Shown here: positions 11,835-23,621 of the stretch, piece by piece | Layout: each line of letters begins with the position of its first letter | Numbering within the stretch: the stretch's first letter is position 1 | NCBI RefSeq assembly: GCF_006345805.1 | Contig: NC_043025.1 | Location: 4,402,001-4,466,000, forward strand | Length of the DNA: 64,000 bases | Reading direction: 5' to 3' | Source: Octopus sinensis | Lineage: Eukaryota | The notes under the pieces: generated by a model | What the model was told of the DNA's origin: nothing | What the model saw: only the letters and a program-made list of their open reading frames with translations | Database searches by the model: none | Translations under genes and position numbers: made by a program

Positions 11835-12240
11835 TGAAAAGTGGCTGTGTGGTAAGTAGCTTGCTAACCAACCACATGGTTCCGGGTTCAGTCCCACTGC
11901 GTGGCACCTTGGGTAAGTGTCTTCTGCTATAGCCTCAGGCCGACCAATGCCTTGTGAGTGGATTTGGTAAACGGAAACTGAAAGAAGCCCGTCGTATATA
12001 TGTATACATATATATATGTATGTGTGTGTGTCTGTGTTTGTCCCCCTAGCATTGCTTGACAACCGATGCTGGTGTGTTTACGTCCCCGTCACTTAGCGGT
12101 TCGGCAAAAGAGACCGATAGAATAAGTACTGGGCTTATAAAAGAATAAGTCCCGGGGTCGATTTGCTCGACTAAAGGCGGTGCTCCAGCATGGCCGCAGT
12201 CGAATGACTGAAACAAGTAAAAGAGTAAAAGAGAGTAAAG
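11835..12240 (+). mobile_element. SINE family A, near full length
   Basis: Head, linker and GAGTAAAA tail all present. Confidence 0.85.
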
Positions 12241-12659
12241 AGTAATTGAAAAAAAAATTACTAATACTAAATTGACAATAAAAATAAACATGTTTTAAAA
12301 AATCCTGTAAATTAAAAAAAACTACAAAAAAAAAAACGTAAAATGTTCCTACTTGAAATCCATGATGCTTTGTTGAAGATGTGAAAAAGTGCAATAGGAA
12401 TTCTTGAAAATGGTGATGGTGTGGAAGAGCAAGACCGGGAGACGTGAAATGCAGAGAAAGGTGAGGGGGACATGCAGGGTTCATAGAAATTTTAGGTTTA
12501 TTCCGAGGCCCACGATTTTCCTTCAAAGAATCATCGAATGAATTTTAACTCATTGCAAACTGTAATAATGGGTGTATGGTTAAGAAGCTTGCTTTGCTAC
12601 CATGTGGGGTTTCAGGTTCGATCCCACTGCATGGCATGGCACCTTGGGCAAGTGTTTTC

Positions 12660-13380
12660 ATCATCATCATCATCATCATCATCATCGTTTAACGTCCGTT
12701 CTCCATGCTGGCATGGGTTGGACGGTTCGACCGGGGATCTGGGAAGCCAGAAGGCTGCACCAGGCTCCGGTCTGATCTGGCAATGTTTCTACAGCTGGAT
12801 GCCCTTCCTAACGCCAACCACTCCGTGAGTGTAGTGGGTGCTTTTTACGTGCCACCTGCACGGCCACGGTCGGATTGGAGTATTTTACGTGCCACCGGCA
12901 CAGAAGCCAGTCGAGGCAGCGCTGGCATCAGCCACGAGTTTTATAGTTTTCTATTATACACCCAGCACAACCAAAGCCTTGTGAGTGGATTTGGTAGACT
13001 GCTGGTGGCACGAGAAAATAATATTTGAGCGAGATCGTTGCTAGTACCGCTGGACTGGCTCTTGCGCAGGTGGCACGTAAAAAACACGATTTGAGCATAG
13101 CCGTTGCCAGTACCGCCTGACTGGCCCCCGTCCAGGTGGCACGTAAAAAACACAATTTGAGCGTAGCCATTGCCAGTACCGCCTGACTGGCCCTCGTGCC
13201 GGTGGCATGTAAAAGCACCCACTACACTCTCGGAGTGGTTGGCGTTAGGAAGGGCATCCAGCTGTAGAAACTCTGCCACATCAGATTGGAGCCTGGCGCA
13301 GCCATCTGGTTCACCAGTCCTCAGTCAAATCATTCAACCCATGCTAGCATGGAAAGCGGACGTTAAACGATGATGATGAT
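12660..13380. mobile_element. Two RTE 3'UTR (D) copies in opposite orientation
   Basis: (CAT)n-started copy 12660-12920 (-) and (GAT)n-ended copy 13010-13380 (+). Confidence 0.75.
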
Positions 13381-14492
13381 GAGTAAGATTTTCAGGATCT
13401 GAAAGAATCGGATATTTAGATAGTAAAAGCACGACGGTAGAGTTGGGGACAGTGCATCTGTGTACCAACAATGTGTACTGACATATATGTATTTACTGAA
13501 ATAAATACAAATTTGTCTTTCCAATTATGCACCCATTCACGAGTCCTGACAGAATACACCTATCATCAAAGTCACAGAGGGGTACCCCCCCACTGTATAT
13601 ATTCCACAGTCGACTCTATAGGCTCTGGATCCAAGTGTACAGAAGATTCAGAGTCAGATGAAGAATAAAACAATAAAAGACGGGTTGCCGTTTAGCCCAG
13701 CTCTGTTCATCATCATCGTTTAAATTCCTCCTTCCATGCTGGCATGGGTTGGATGGTTTGACAGGAGCTGGCCAGGCAGAAGATTACCCCAGACTTCTGT
13801 GTCTGTTTTGGCATGGTTTCTACAGCTGGATGCCCTTCCAAATGCCAACCACCCCACAGTGTAGACTCAGTGCTTTTTACATGACACCAGCACAGGTGAG
13901 GTCAGTTTTGGCATGGTTTCTACAGCTGGATGCCCTTCCAAATGCCAACCACCCCACAGTGTAGACTCAGTGCTTTTTACATGACACCAGCACAGGTGAG
14001 ATCAGTTTTGGCATGGTTTCTACATGCATGTGTAGGTGTCCACCCTGACTACTTGACAACCAGTATTAGTTTGTTAACGTTCCAGTAACTTAGTGGTTCG
14101 GTGAAAGCAACCAACAGAAAATAAGTATTGGTGTCAACTAGTTTGGCTAAAGAAAACGAGGTAGTGAGTGCCCCAGCATGGCCACAGTCCAATGACTGAA
14201 ACAGGTAAAAGGGAAAAGGAATCAGTTGAATTTGAACTTAGTAATAGGGGGTTGGGAAAAACTGATATTGATAAAATATGGGTGTCATAATCGTGACAGT
14301 TCTGTGCAAAAGAGAAAAACAAGAAACAGACTATAATAATGACGATGATGATGATGTTGATGACAACAGCAAAAATAATTCTTTCTATCATAAGAACAAA
14401 GCCTGAAATTTTGAGAGAAGGGTCTAGCTGATTGCATTGACCCCAGTACTCAACTGGTACTTATTGATCCCAAATGGATGAAAGAGAAAGTG

Positions 14493-14943
14493 GGCGATGT
14501 TTCGCTTGTTGTAGCACAGGTTTCCGTCGATTTCCGTAAAAAACTTTTATTTTTTTACATAAGTAATGAGAGCGAAAGAGACTAAGAGAAAGCGATTGTA
14601 TGACGAGGGAAGTTCTTTTGAAGTTACCGTGCATGGAACGCATTGATGTACATGTGTGTGTGTGTGTTTGATGGGGTGTGGGAGACAGACAGTATGTTGT
14701 GTAAGTGAAGTGCTTCTGTTAGTGTGTGTGAAGAGACAGAGTAATGTGTGAAAGAAAGAGATAACTGAAATTTTTTACTCGGTGTATATGTATGTCTGCA
14801 TGTATGTGTGTGTGTGTATGTATCTATGTATGTGTGTGTGTGTATGTATGTGTGTGTGTATGTATGTATGTATGGCCGATTCAGTGTTTACATTTTTTAC
14901 GGAAATCGACGGAAACGTGTGCTACGACAAGCGAAACATCGCC
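14493..14943. mobile_element. 451-bp MITE with about 51-bp TIRs and 8-bp TSD, inserted into a SINE B
   Basis: TIR GGCGATGTTTCGCTTG...; AGAAAGTG duplicated at 14485-14492 and 14944-14951; SINE B continues on both sides. Confidence 0.88.
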
Positions 14944-15064
14944 AGAAAGTGATCTCGGTAGAATTTGAACTCAGAGCGTAAAGACAGATGAAATACTGCT
15001 AAGCATTTTGCCCTCTGCGCTAACAATTCTGCCAGACCACTGCCTTAATAATAATAATAATAAT

Positions 15065-15460
15065 CTATTCTACTGTAGGCACAAGGCCTGAAATTTTAGG
15101 GGAGGGGATTAGTTGATTACATTGATCCCCAGTGTTTCACTGGTACTTAATTTATTGAACCCGAAAGGATGAAAGGCAAAGTCAACCATGGCAGAATTTG
15201 AACTCAAAATGTAGCGACAGGTGAAATACCTATTTCTTTATTACTCACAAGGGGCTAAACATAGAGGGGACAAACAAGGACAGACATAGGTATTAAGTCG
15301 ATTACATCGACCCCAGTGCGTAACTGGTACTTAATTTATCGACCCCAAAAGGATGAAAGGCAAAGTCAACCTCGGCGGAATTTGAACTCACAACGTAACG
15401 ACAGGTGAAATACCGCTAAGCATTTCGTTCGGCATGCTAACGATTCTTCCAGCTTGCCGT
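15065..15460 (-). mobile_element. SINE B heterodimer (two different 3' tail subfamilies)
   Basis: Junction AAAGAAATAG|GTATTTC at about 15228. Confidence 0.8.
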
Positions 15461-15499
15461 CTTAATAATAATGATAAAAAGAATAATAATAATAATAAT

Positions 15500-16470
15500 G
15501 CCCTGATGCAGTACCAGGCAGTGGTTCTCATGACTTCTGATCTTAACTGTTTGGAAGTGTTATCATGTACATTGTTTTGTCTTGGTATAAAAGATGGGCT
15601 ACAGCAAATATTCTGTTCAATACCACAGATTTGCTAATGCCCTGATGCAGTACCAGGCAGTGGCTCTCATGGCTTCTGATCTTAACTGATTGGAAGTGTT
15701 ATCATGTACATTGTTTTGTCTTGGTATAAAAGATGGGCTACAGCAAATATTCTGTTCAATACCACAGATTTGCTAATGCCCTGATGCAGTACCAGGCAGT
15801 GGCTCTCATGGCTTCTGATCTTAACTGATTGGAAGTGTTATCATGTACATTGTTTTGTCTTGGTATAAAAGATGGGCTACAGCAAATATTCTGTTCAATA
15901 CCACAGATTTGCTTGTCAATTGCTTAACTGTAACCAGTTGAGAATGTCCCTTAGTGGCTGACGATATATGCATCTCTGATCACGAGCAGAAGTAGTGGGG
16001 GAGCATCATAGCCATGTGTTGAGAGGGATTCTTTGGGGTTTGAATATTCAGTGACCTTTAGAACGTGAAGGGCTACTCGACTTGAAGAAAATTCTAACTG
16101 GGCCCCACCTGCAAGGTCATGCACTGTTTATCTTTGTATGGGATGACCTCATTGTGCACATATGGTTGCAATGCATGTGCCTGGTGTACCCTTATCAGAC
16201 GGGTAGTCATGAAGGGTGAATTGGGCTTCATATATTTGTACCTGTGTTACTTTGATGGCATGTGCTGCTCTCTCAGAATCGTTAGCACGCCGTTACGTTC
16301 TGAGTTCAAATTCCGCCGAGGTCAACTTTGCCTTTCATCCTTTCGGGGTCGATTAAATAAGTACCAGTTACGCACTGGGGTCGATGTAATTGACTTAATT
16401 CGTTTGTCTGTCAATAAATGCTTGTCTATCCTTGTTTTTCCCCTCTATGTTTAGCCCCTTGTGGGTAGTA
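15500..16470 (+). mobile_element. Element E with triplicated 139-bp 5' segment, fused to SINE B
   Basis: GCCCTGATGCAG starts at 15500, 15639 and 15778; B fragment from about 16270. Confidence 0.8.
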
Positions 16471-16710
16471 AAGAAACAAATATTAATAATAATAATCTTT
16501 TCTATTATAGGCACAAGGCCTGGAATTTGAAGGAAAGGAGCAGTTGGTTACATTGACTCCAATGCTTGAGTGGTGCTTCACAGATTAACACTGAAAAGAT
16601 GAATGGCAAAGTTGACCTTGGTGGAATTTGAACTCAGAATGTAAAAACAGATGAAAAACCACTAAGCATTTTGTCCAGCATGCTAATGACCCAGCCATTT
16701 CATCACCTTG

Positions 16711-16746
<36 letters not shown>

Positions 16747-16756
16747 TAATAATAAT

Positions 16757-17030
16757 AACCAGGAAACCCCAAAATGGCAGAAATTCAAAAGATAGTGCTA
16801 TGGGAACTGCTCATATCCTACGCAAAATACCTTCTACGTAATCTCAAGTTTTAAAACAAACATAATTTTTGTATGGTTTTTTAGGCATTCACTAGTACAA
16901 TACTAAGTACAAAACCAAATATATGGCACCCTACGCATAACACGAACATGAACTTCCAACTTGTTGTCTCTTGAGGTCTCTGGGTGAGACTTGGAGCCAG
17001 CTTGTGCAAATGTAAAGCAAAAGTCAAACA
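16757..17030 (+). mobile_element. Dong/R4-like 3' end in (AAT)n
   Basis: PGNPKMAEIQKIVL/GTAHILRK then 3'UTR; (AAT)n on both sides. Confidence 0.7.
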
Positions 17031-17809
17031 TAGAATAATAATAATAATAATAATCCTTTCTATTATAGGCACAAGACCTGAAGGCTGGAGGGAGGTGAGG
17101 CCAGTCGATGAGATCGACCCCCCGTACACAACTGGTACTTAATTTATCAACCCCGAAAGGATGAAAGGAAAAGTTGACCTCAGGTGTCCACCCTGACTAC
17201 TTGACAACCAGTATTAGTTTGTATTAGTGGTTCGGTGAAAGCAACCAACAGAAAATAAGTATTGGTATCAACTAGTTTGGCTAAAGAAAACGAGGTAGTC
17301 AGTGCCCTAGCATGGCCACAGTCCAATGACTGAAACGGGTGAAATACTGCTAAGCATCTCATCCAGCACACTAATGGTTCTGCCAGCTCATTATCTTAAT
17401 ATTCATCATCATCATCATCATCGTTTAGCATCCGTTTTCCATGCTAGCATGGGTTGGACGGTTCTACTGGGGTCTGTGAAGCCAGAAGGCTTCATCAGGC
17501 CCAGTCAGATCTGGCAGTGTTTCTACGGCTGGATGCCCTTCCTAACGCCAACCACTCCGTGAGTGTAGTGGGTGCTTTTTACGTGCCACCCAATAATAAC
17601 TCTTTCTACTAAAGGCGGCACAAGGCCTGAAATTTGGGGGTGGGGGATAAGTCGATAACATCAACCCTGGTGTATAACTGGTACTTAATTTATTGACTCC
17701 AAAAGAACAAAAGGCAAAGTTGAACTCAGCAGAATTTGAACTCAGAAAGAAATGACAGACGAAATGCTAAAGAATTTTGCCAAGTGTGCTAAAATTTCTC
17801 TTAACTTAC

Positions 17810-18200
17810 TTTTTTACTTGTTTCAGTCATTTGACTGCGGCCATGCTGGAGTACCGCCTTTATTTGAGCAAATCGACCACGGGACTTATTCTTTGTAAGC
17901 CCAGTACTTATTCTATTGGTCTCTTTTTGCCGAACCGCTAAGTGACGGGGACGTAAACACACCAGCATCGGTTGTCAAGCAATGCTAGGGGAACAAACAC
18001 AGACACACAAACGCATATATATATATACACATATATACGACAGGCTTCTTTCAGTTTCCATCTACCAAATCCACTCACAAGGCATTGGTCAGCCCGGGTC
18101 TATAGCAGAAGACACTTGCCCAAGATGCCACGCAGTGGGACTGAACCCGGAACCATGTGGTTGGTTAGCAAGCTACTTACCACACAGCCACTCCTGCGCC
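17810..18200 (-). mobile_element. SINE family A
   Basis: Full reverse-complement match to the A consensus. Confidence 0.85.
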
Positions 18201-18534
18201 TACAACTTGCCGCCTTAATAATAATAATTGTAAAAACAACAACAACAACAATAATAATAATAATAATAATAATAATGGTTTCAAATTTTGGCACAAGGCC
18301 AGCATTTTGAGGGGAGGGGTTAAATCAATTAATCTGACCTTAGCACCCAACTGGTCCTTATTTTATTGAGCCAAAAAGGATAATAAACAAAGTCAACCCC
18401 GGTGGAATTTGAACTCAGAACGTAAAGACAGACATAATACCGCTAAACTGTTTGCCTGGCTTGCTAACCATTCCACCAGCTCACTGCCTTAATAATAATA
18501 ATAATAATGATAATAATAATAATAATAATAAAAA

Positions 18535-18893
18535 CAGTTGTTTGACCTTAACCAGTTGAGCATGTCCCTTAGTGGCTGACGATATGTGCATCTCTGATCA
18601 CGAGCAGAAGTAGTGGGGGAGCATCATGGGTGTTTCATTCAACATCCTTAAACAACCCTTATTCAGAGACCTTTTGAGTGGGATGGGCTACTCGACCTGA
18701 AGAAAATTCTAACTGGGCCCCACCTGCAAGGTCATGCGCTGTTTATCTTGATATGAGATCACCATGTCGCGCACATATGGTTGTGATGCATGTGCCTGGT
18801 GTACCCTTACCAGACGGGTAGTCATGATGGGTATATTGGGCTTCGTATATTTTACCCCAGTGTCACTTTGATGGCATGAACTGCTCTCTCACT
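18535..18893 (+). mobile_element. Element E (5'-truncated, internally deleted)
   Basis: Ends CTCTCTCACTC(AAT)n. Confidence 0.75.
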
Positions 18894-19387
18894 CAATAAT
18901 AATAATAATAATAATCCTTTCTGCTAAAGGCACAAAGCCTGAAATTTTGAGAGAGGGGACTTGTCGATTACAATCGACCCCAGTGTACCTCACTGGTACT
19001 TAATTTATCGACCCTGAAAGAATGAAAGGCAAAGTTGACCTCAGTGAAATTTGAATACAGAACATAATTATCGGCAAAATACCACTAAGCATTTTGCCCA
19101 GTCTGCTAACGACTCTGCTAGCTCACCACCTTAATAACGATAATAATAATCCTTCCTACTATAAGCACAAGGCCTGGAATTTGGGGAAGGAGATAGTTGA
19201 TTACATCGACCCCCAAGACTCAAACTGGTCCTTATTTCATCAACCCTAAAAGGACAAATGGTAAAGTCGACCTTGGCAGAATTTGAACCTAGAATGTAAA
19301 GAGTCTTGCCAGCACTCCATTTTCTGGTAATAAAGAGAAATTTTATATCTATGTTTTTGAGCCATAAAAATAATAATAATAATAATA

Positions 19388-19785
19388 ATAGGCGCAGGAG
19401 TGGCTGTGTGGTAAGTAGCTTGTTTACCAACCACATGGTTCCAGGTTCAGTCCCACTGTGTGGCACCTTGGGCAAGTGTCTTCTACTGTAGCCTCGGGCT
19501 GACCAAAGCCTTGTGAGTGGATTTGGTAGACGGAAACTGAAAGAAGCCCGTCGTATATATGTATATAAATATATATGTGTGTTTGTGTGTCTGTGTTTGT
19601 CCCTCTAGCATCGCTTGACAACCGATGCTGGTGTGTTTATGTCCCCGTTACTTAGCGGTTCGGCAAAAGAGACCGATAGAATAAGTACTGGGCTTACAAA
19701 GAATAAGTCCCAAGTTGCTCGATTAAAGGCGGTGCTCCAGCATGGCCGCAGTCAAATGACTGAAACAAGTAAAAGAGTAAGAGTA
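19388..19785 (+). mobile_element. SINE family A
   Basis: Full head, linker and tail. Confidence 0.85.
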
Positions 19786-20459
19786 ATAATGATAACAATA
19801 ATAATGACGACGATGATGATGATGATAATGCTGCTAATAATAATAATAATAATACTAATACTAATACTAATAATAATAATAATTAGGCTACTAAATAGAA
19901 GAAGATAATAGAAAAAAAAACCCCAGAAAAATAATGCAATCAGAAAGTGTAACAAGAAAAAAGTAAATCAAGTTTTGGAACTGATTCCAAGGAATGGTAA
20001 AAAGATGCAGGAAAAAATAAGATAAACCAAAGTCTGGTGCCAATAATAATAATAATAATAATAAAGAAGAAGACTTAAATGTTAAAGTGTGAAAAGAACG
20101 GAAATTAGAAAGTGTTGGTGCTGCAATCGAATGCAGATAGAATCTGCGTAGATACGTAGATACGGCAATTACTCACATGTAGGAGAGAAATGGCTGATGG
20201 CATGGGACACCGACCATCTTGTTAGATTTGTAAAGTAGCAGAAGAAGAAGAAGAAGAAGAAGAAGGAGGAAAATATAAAATTGGTTGTGAAACTTCTCTA
20301 AGGAGGCGACAATAAAACAAGAAGAAATATATATATTTGTGTGTGTGTGTGTGTATAAATCTATATTTACCTATAATAATAATAATAATAATAATAATAT
20401 TAGAAATATTAAAATTCTAAATATCTCATAGAGATATGTACGGTGGTGGGGCGATAGAA

Positions 20460-20618
20460 TGGTTGTATACTGTCAACTTAACATGACAGTAGGGGATTAC
20501 ACCACCGCTGTTTAGTCCTAGGAAGCATCGAAGCCATCAGGAGGCGTCGATGCTTCCTAGGGCTAAACAGCAGTGGTGTAATCCCCTACTGTCACGTTAA
20601 ATTGACAGTATACAACCA
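20460..20618. repeat. Long inverted repeat (72-bp arms, 15-nt loop)
   Basis: 4 mismatches counted, all transitions. Confidence 0.92.
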
Positions 20619-21139
20619 ATAATAATATTATATAGAGGGTATTACTATACATAAATGCCACACGCTAGGAGGGACTCTTAAAGTCAAAACTACCAAAATA
20701 AATAAACATGTGGCATTTATGTGTAATAATGCCCTCTATATAATATAAATAAATATATTTAAGAGAAAAATTGATGGATTTTTCTCTTCCGAGGTTTTTC
20801 CATGCTAACTACTTGATAAATTCTTATAAAGATTTTATCCTATTTTTAAATCATATATATATATATATGTTGTGTCTGGGGAGGGTCATATTGTCTTCAT
20901 GCCTTATCTACACACACCAGTTCGATTTCCACTCATTATTTATATTTTAAAAATATTTTTTACATTTTTATACATATATTTTTTTAAAATATAAAATATA
21001 AAAATATAAATAATAAATGAGTGGAAACTGAACCACCGTGTGTGTTAGATAAGACATTAAGAGACAACATCACCCTCCCTAGACACAATAAAATATGCTT
21101 CAACACACAAATTCACATGAAGAATCTTGCAAACCAGAT

Positions 21140-21300
21140 ACAAAAATGAAGTACATATATATATATATATATATATACATGTATATATATATATACATGT
21201 ACATATATGTATATACATGTATGTATATATATATACATACATACATACATATATATATACATGTACATATATGTATATACATGTATGTATATATATCATG

Positions 21301-21339
<39 letters not shown>

Positions 21340-21671
21340 CACATACATACCATACATATATATATACATGTACATATATGTATATACATGTATGTATATA
21401 TATACATGTTATGTAATATATATATATATATAATTATATATATATATATACACATACATACATACATATATATATATACACATGTACATTATATGTATTA
21501 TGTATATATATATATAGTATATATATATATATATACACATACATACATACATATATATATATACATGTACATATATATGTATGTATGTATAGTATTATAT
21601 GTATATATATTATATATATCACATACATACATACATATATATACATGTACATGTATGTATATATATACATG

Positions 21672-21709
<38 letters not shown>

Positions 21710-21785
21710 CATACATACATATATATACATGTACATATATATGTATGTATATATATGTATGTATGTATATATATATATATGTATG

Positions 21786-21832
<47 letters not shown>

Positions 21833-21951
21833 ATATATATATGTATATATATATATGTATATATATATATGTTATATATATATATGTATGTATATATATA
21901 TATATATGTATGTATATATTATATATATGTATGTATATATATATATATATG

Positions 21952-21998
<47 letters not shown>

Positions 21999-22015
21999 TA
22001 TATATTATATATAAA
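21140..22015. repeat. About 870-bp compound (TA)n/(TACA)n/(TATG)n microsatellite
   Basis: Read directly. Confidence 0.95.
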
Positions 22016-22060
22016 TAAATAAATAAATGGAGTTTAACGCAGGTATAAATATAATCCTTT

Positions 22061-22147
22061 ACTTTCGACACACGTTTCGAAGATTTCACTGATATTATTC
22101 AAAAGAATAAATGGTATAAAACAATGCAATCTTCTCTTCAGGGAAGT
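22061..22147 (-). ncRNA. Putative type I minimal hammerhead ribozyme motif (Penelope-like element type)
   Basis: Minus strand: ACTTCC-CTGAAGA-GAAGATT-(42 nt)-AATCTTC-GAAA-C-GTGT-GTC/GAAAGT. Intact core, 7-bp stem II, 2-bp stem III, 5/6-bp stem I. Confidence 0.6.
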
Positions 22148-22329
22148 GAAAAAACGAAACTCGTCAATAAGACATTTTAACAGAAAATGATGGATATGTA
22201 TAATGATTTACTGAATGCTATTAATATTGTTTGAAAAAACGTTATATGAAATAATGTCAGAAGGAGCCTATAGAAAGAGGAGGGATATGTTAAGGGAAAA
22301 ATACACTCATATATTTATATATATATATA

Positions 22330-23102
22330 TCTTTTACTTGTTTCAGTCATTTGACTGCGGCCATGCTGGAGCACCGCCTTTTTTTTAATCAAGCAACTCG
22401 ACTCCAGGACTTATCCTTTGTAAGCCCAGTACTTATTCTATCGGTCTCTTTTGCCGAACTGCTAAGTGACGGCAGGGACATAAACACACCAGCATCGGTT
22501 GTCAAGCAATGCTAGGGGGACAAACACAAACACATGCGCACACGCATATATATACATATATACGACGGGCTTCTTACAGTTTCCGTCTACCAAATCCACT
22601 CACAAGGCTTTGGTCGGCCCGAGGCTATAGTAGAAGACAGAGGCGCAATGGCCCAGTGGTTAGGGCAGCGGACTCGCGGTCATAGGATCGAGGTTTCGAT
22701 TCCCAGACCGGGCGTTGTGAGTGTTTATTGAGCGAAAACACCTAAAAGCTCCACGAGGCTCCGGCAGGGGATGGTGGTGATCCCTGCTGTACTCTTTCAC
22801 CACAACTTTCTCTCACTCTTACTTCCTGTTTCTGTTGTACCTGTATTTCAAGGGGCCGGCCTTGTCACTCTCTGTGTCACGCTGAATATCCCCGAGAACT
22901 ACGTTAAGGGTACACGTGTCTGTGGAGTGCTCAGCCACTTACACGTTAATATCACGAGCAGGCTGTTCCGTTGATTTGGATCAACCGGAACCCTCATTGT
23001 CGTAACCGACATAATAGAAGACACTTGCCCAAGGTGCCACGCAGTGGGAGTGAACCCGGAACCATGTGGTTGGTAAACAAGCTACTTACCACACAGCCAC
23101 TC
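22330..23102 (-). mobile_element. SINE A (-) interrupted by SINE C (+, 22640-23010) with about 13-bp TSD
   Basis: ATAGTAGAAGACA at 22627-22639 and ATAATAGAAGACA at 23011-23023. Confidence 0.85.
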
Positions 23103-23590
23103 TGATTTTGACATATGAGAGTTTAAAGAAGAGGATTTAAATATAAAAAAAAAAAGAAAAAAAAGATAGAGAGAATAAAAAGAACAACTTTAAAAATAAA
23201 CCAAAAAAAGCAACGTCCATTTGCGATGGACGCGTGACTGTAATTTGAGTCCAGATATGGATTTTGCTATGAAGTCACAATGGAGAGACACTGATTGTTT
23301 TAATTCGCCTGGATTGGGCGAATGCATTTATTGATTGCAGGATATAATTCTTTTATTGATCTCTTTCCTCAACTCAAATTATTTTGATGCCTCATTTTAC
23401 ATACCATGCAGATCGATCCAGCAATGACCTTCCCAGAGGAACTCAGAAGAAGAGTCAATTGCCATCCAGAAACAGATGGACAGAACTCCTTAGCCTTGGT
23501 TGGCAGTCTGTCTGAGAGAAGGAACATTGATTTAAAAACTGGGGTACATAGCGCTCCTTACTCATGTGTGTGTGTGTGTGCGCATACACA

Positions 23591-23619
<29 letters not shown>

Positions 23620-23621
<2 letters not shown>

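Noticed and set aside
11835-11915. SINE heads (families A, B, C) as tRNA genes
   Set aside because: A/B boxes are present but there is no full cloverleaf, and each continues into a SINE body.
20177-20235. Possible small exon ending at a GTGAGT donor
   Set aside because: Weak acceptor, wrong phase, and no MARVEL-like sequence.
23404-23510. Candidate MARVEL exon 3 (…EFCPSVSGWQLTLLL…ICM|GTATGT)
   Set aside because: With the good acceptor it is out of frame or contains a stop; 6468-6563 fits the domain far better.
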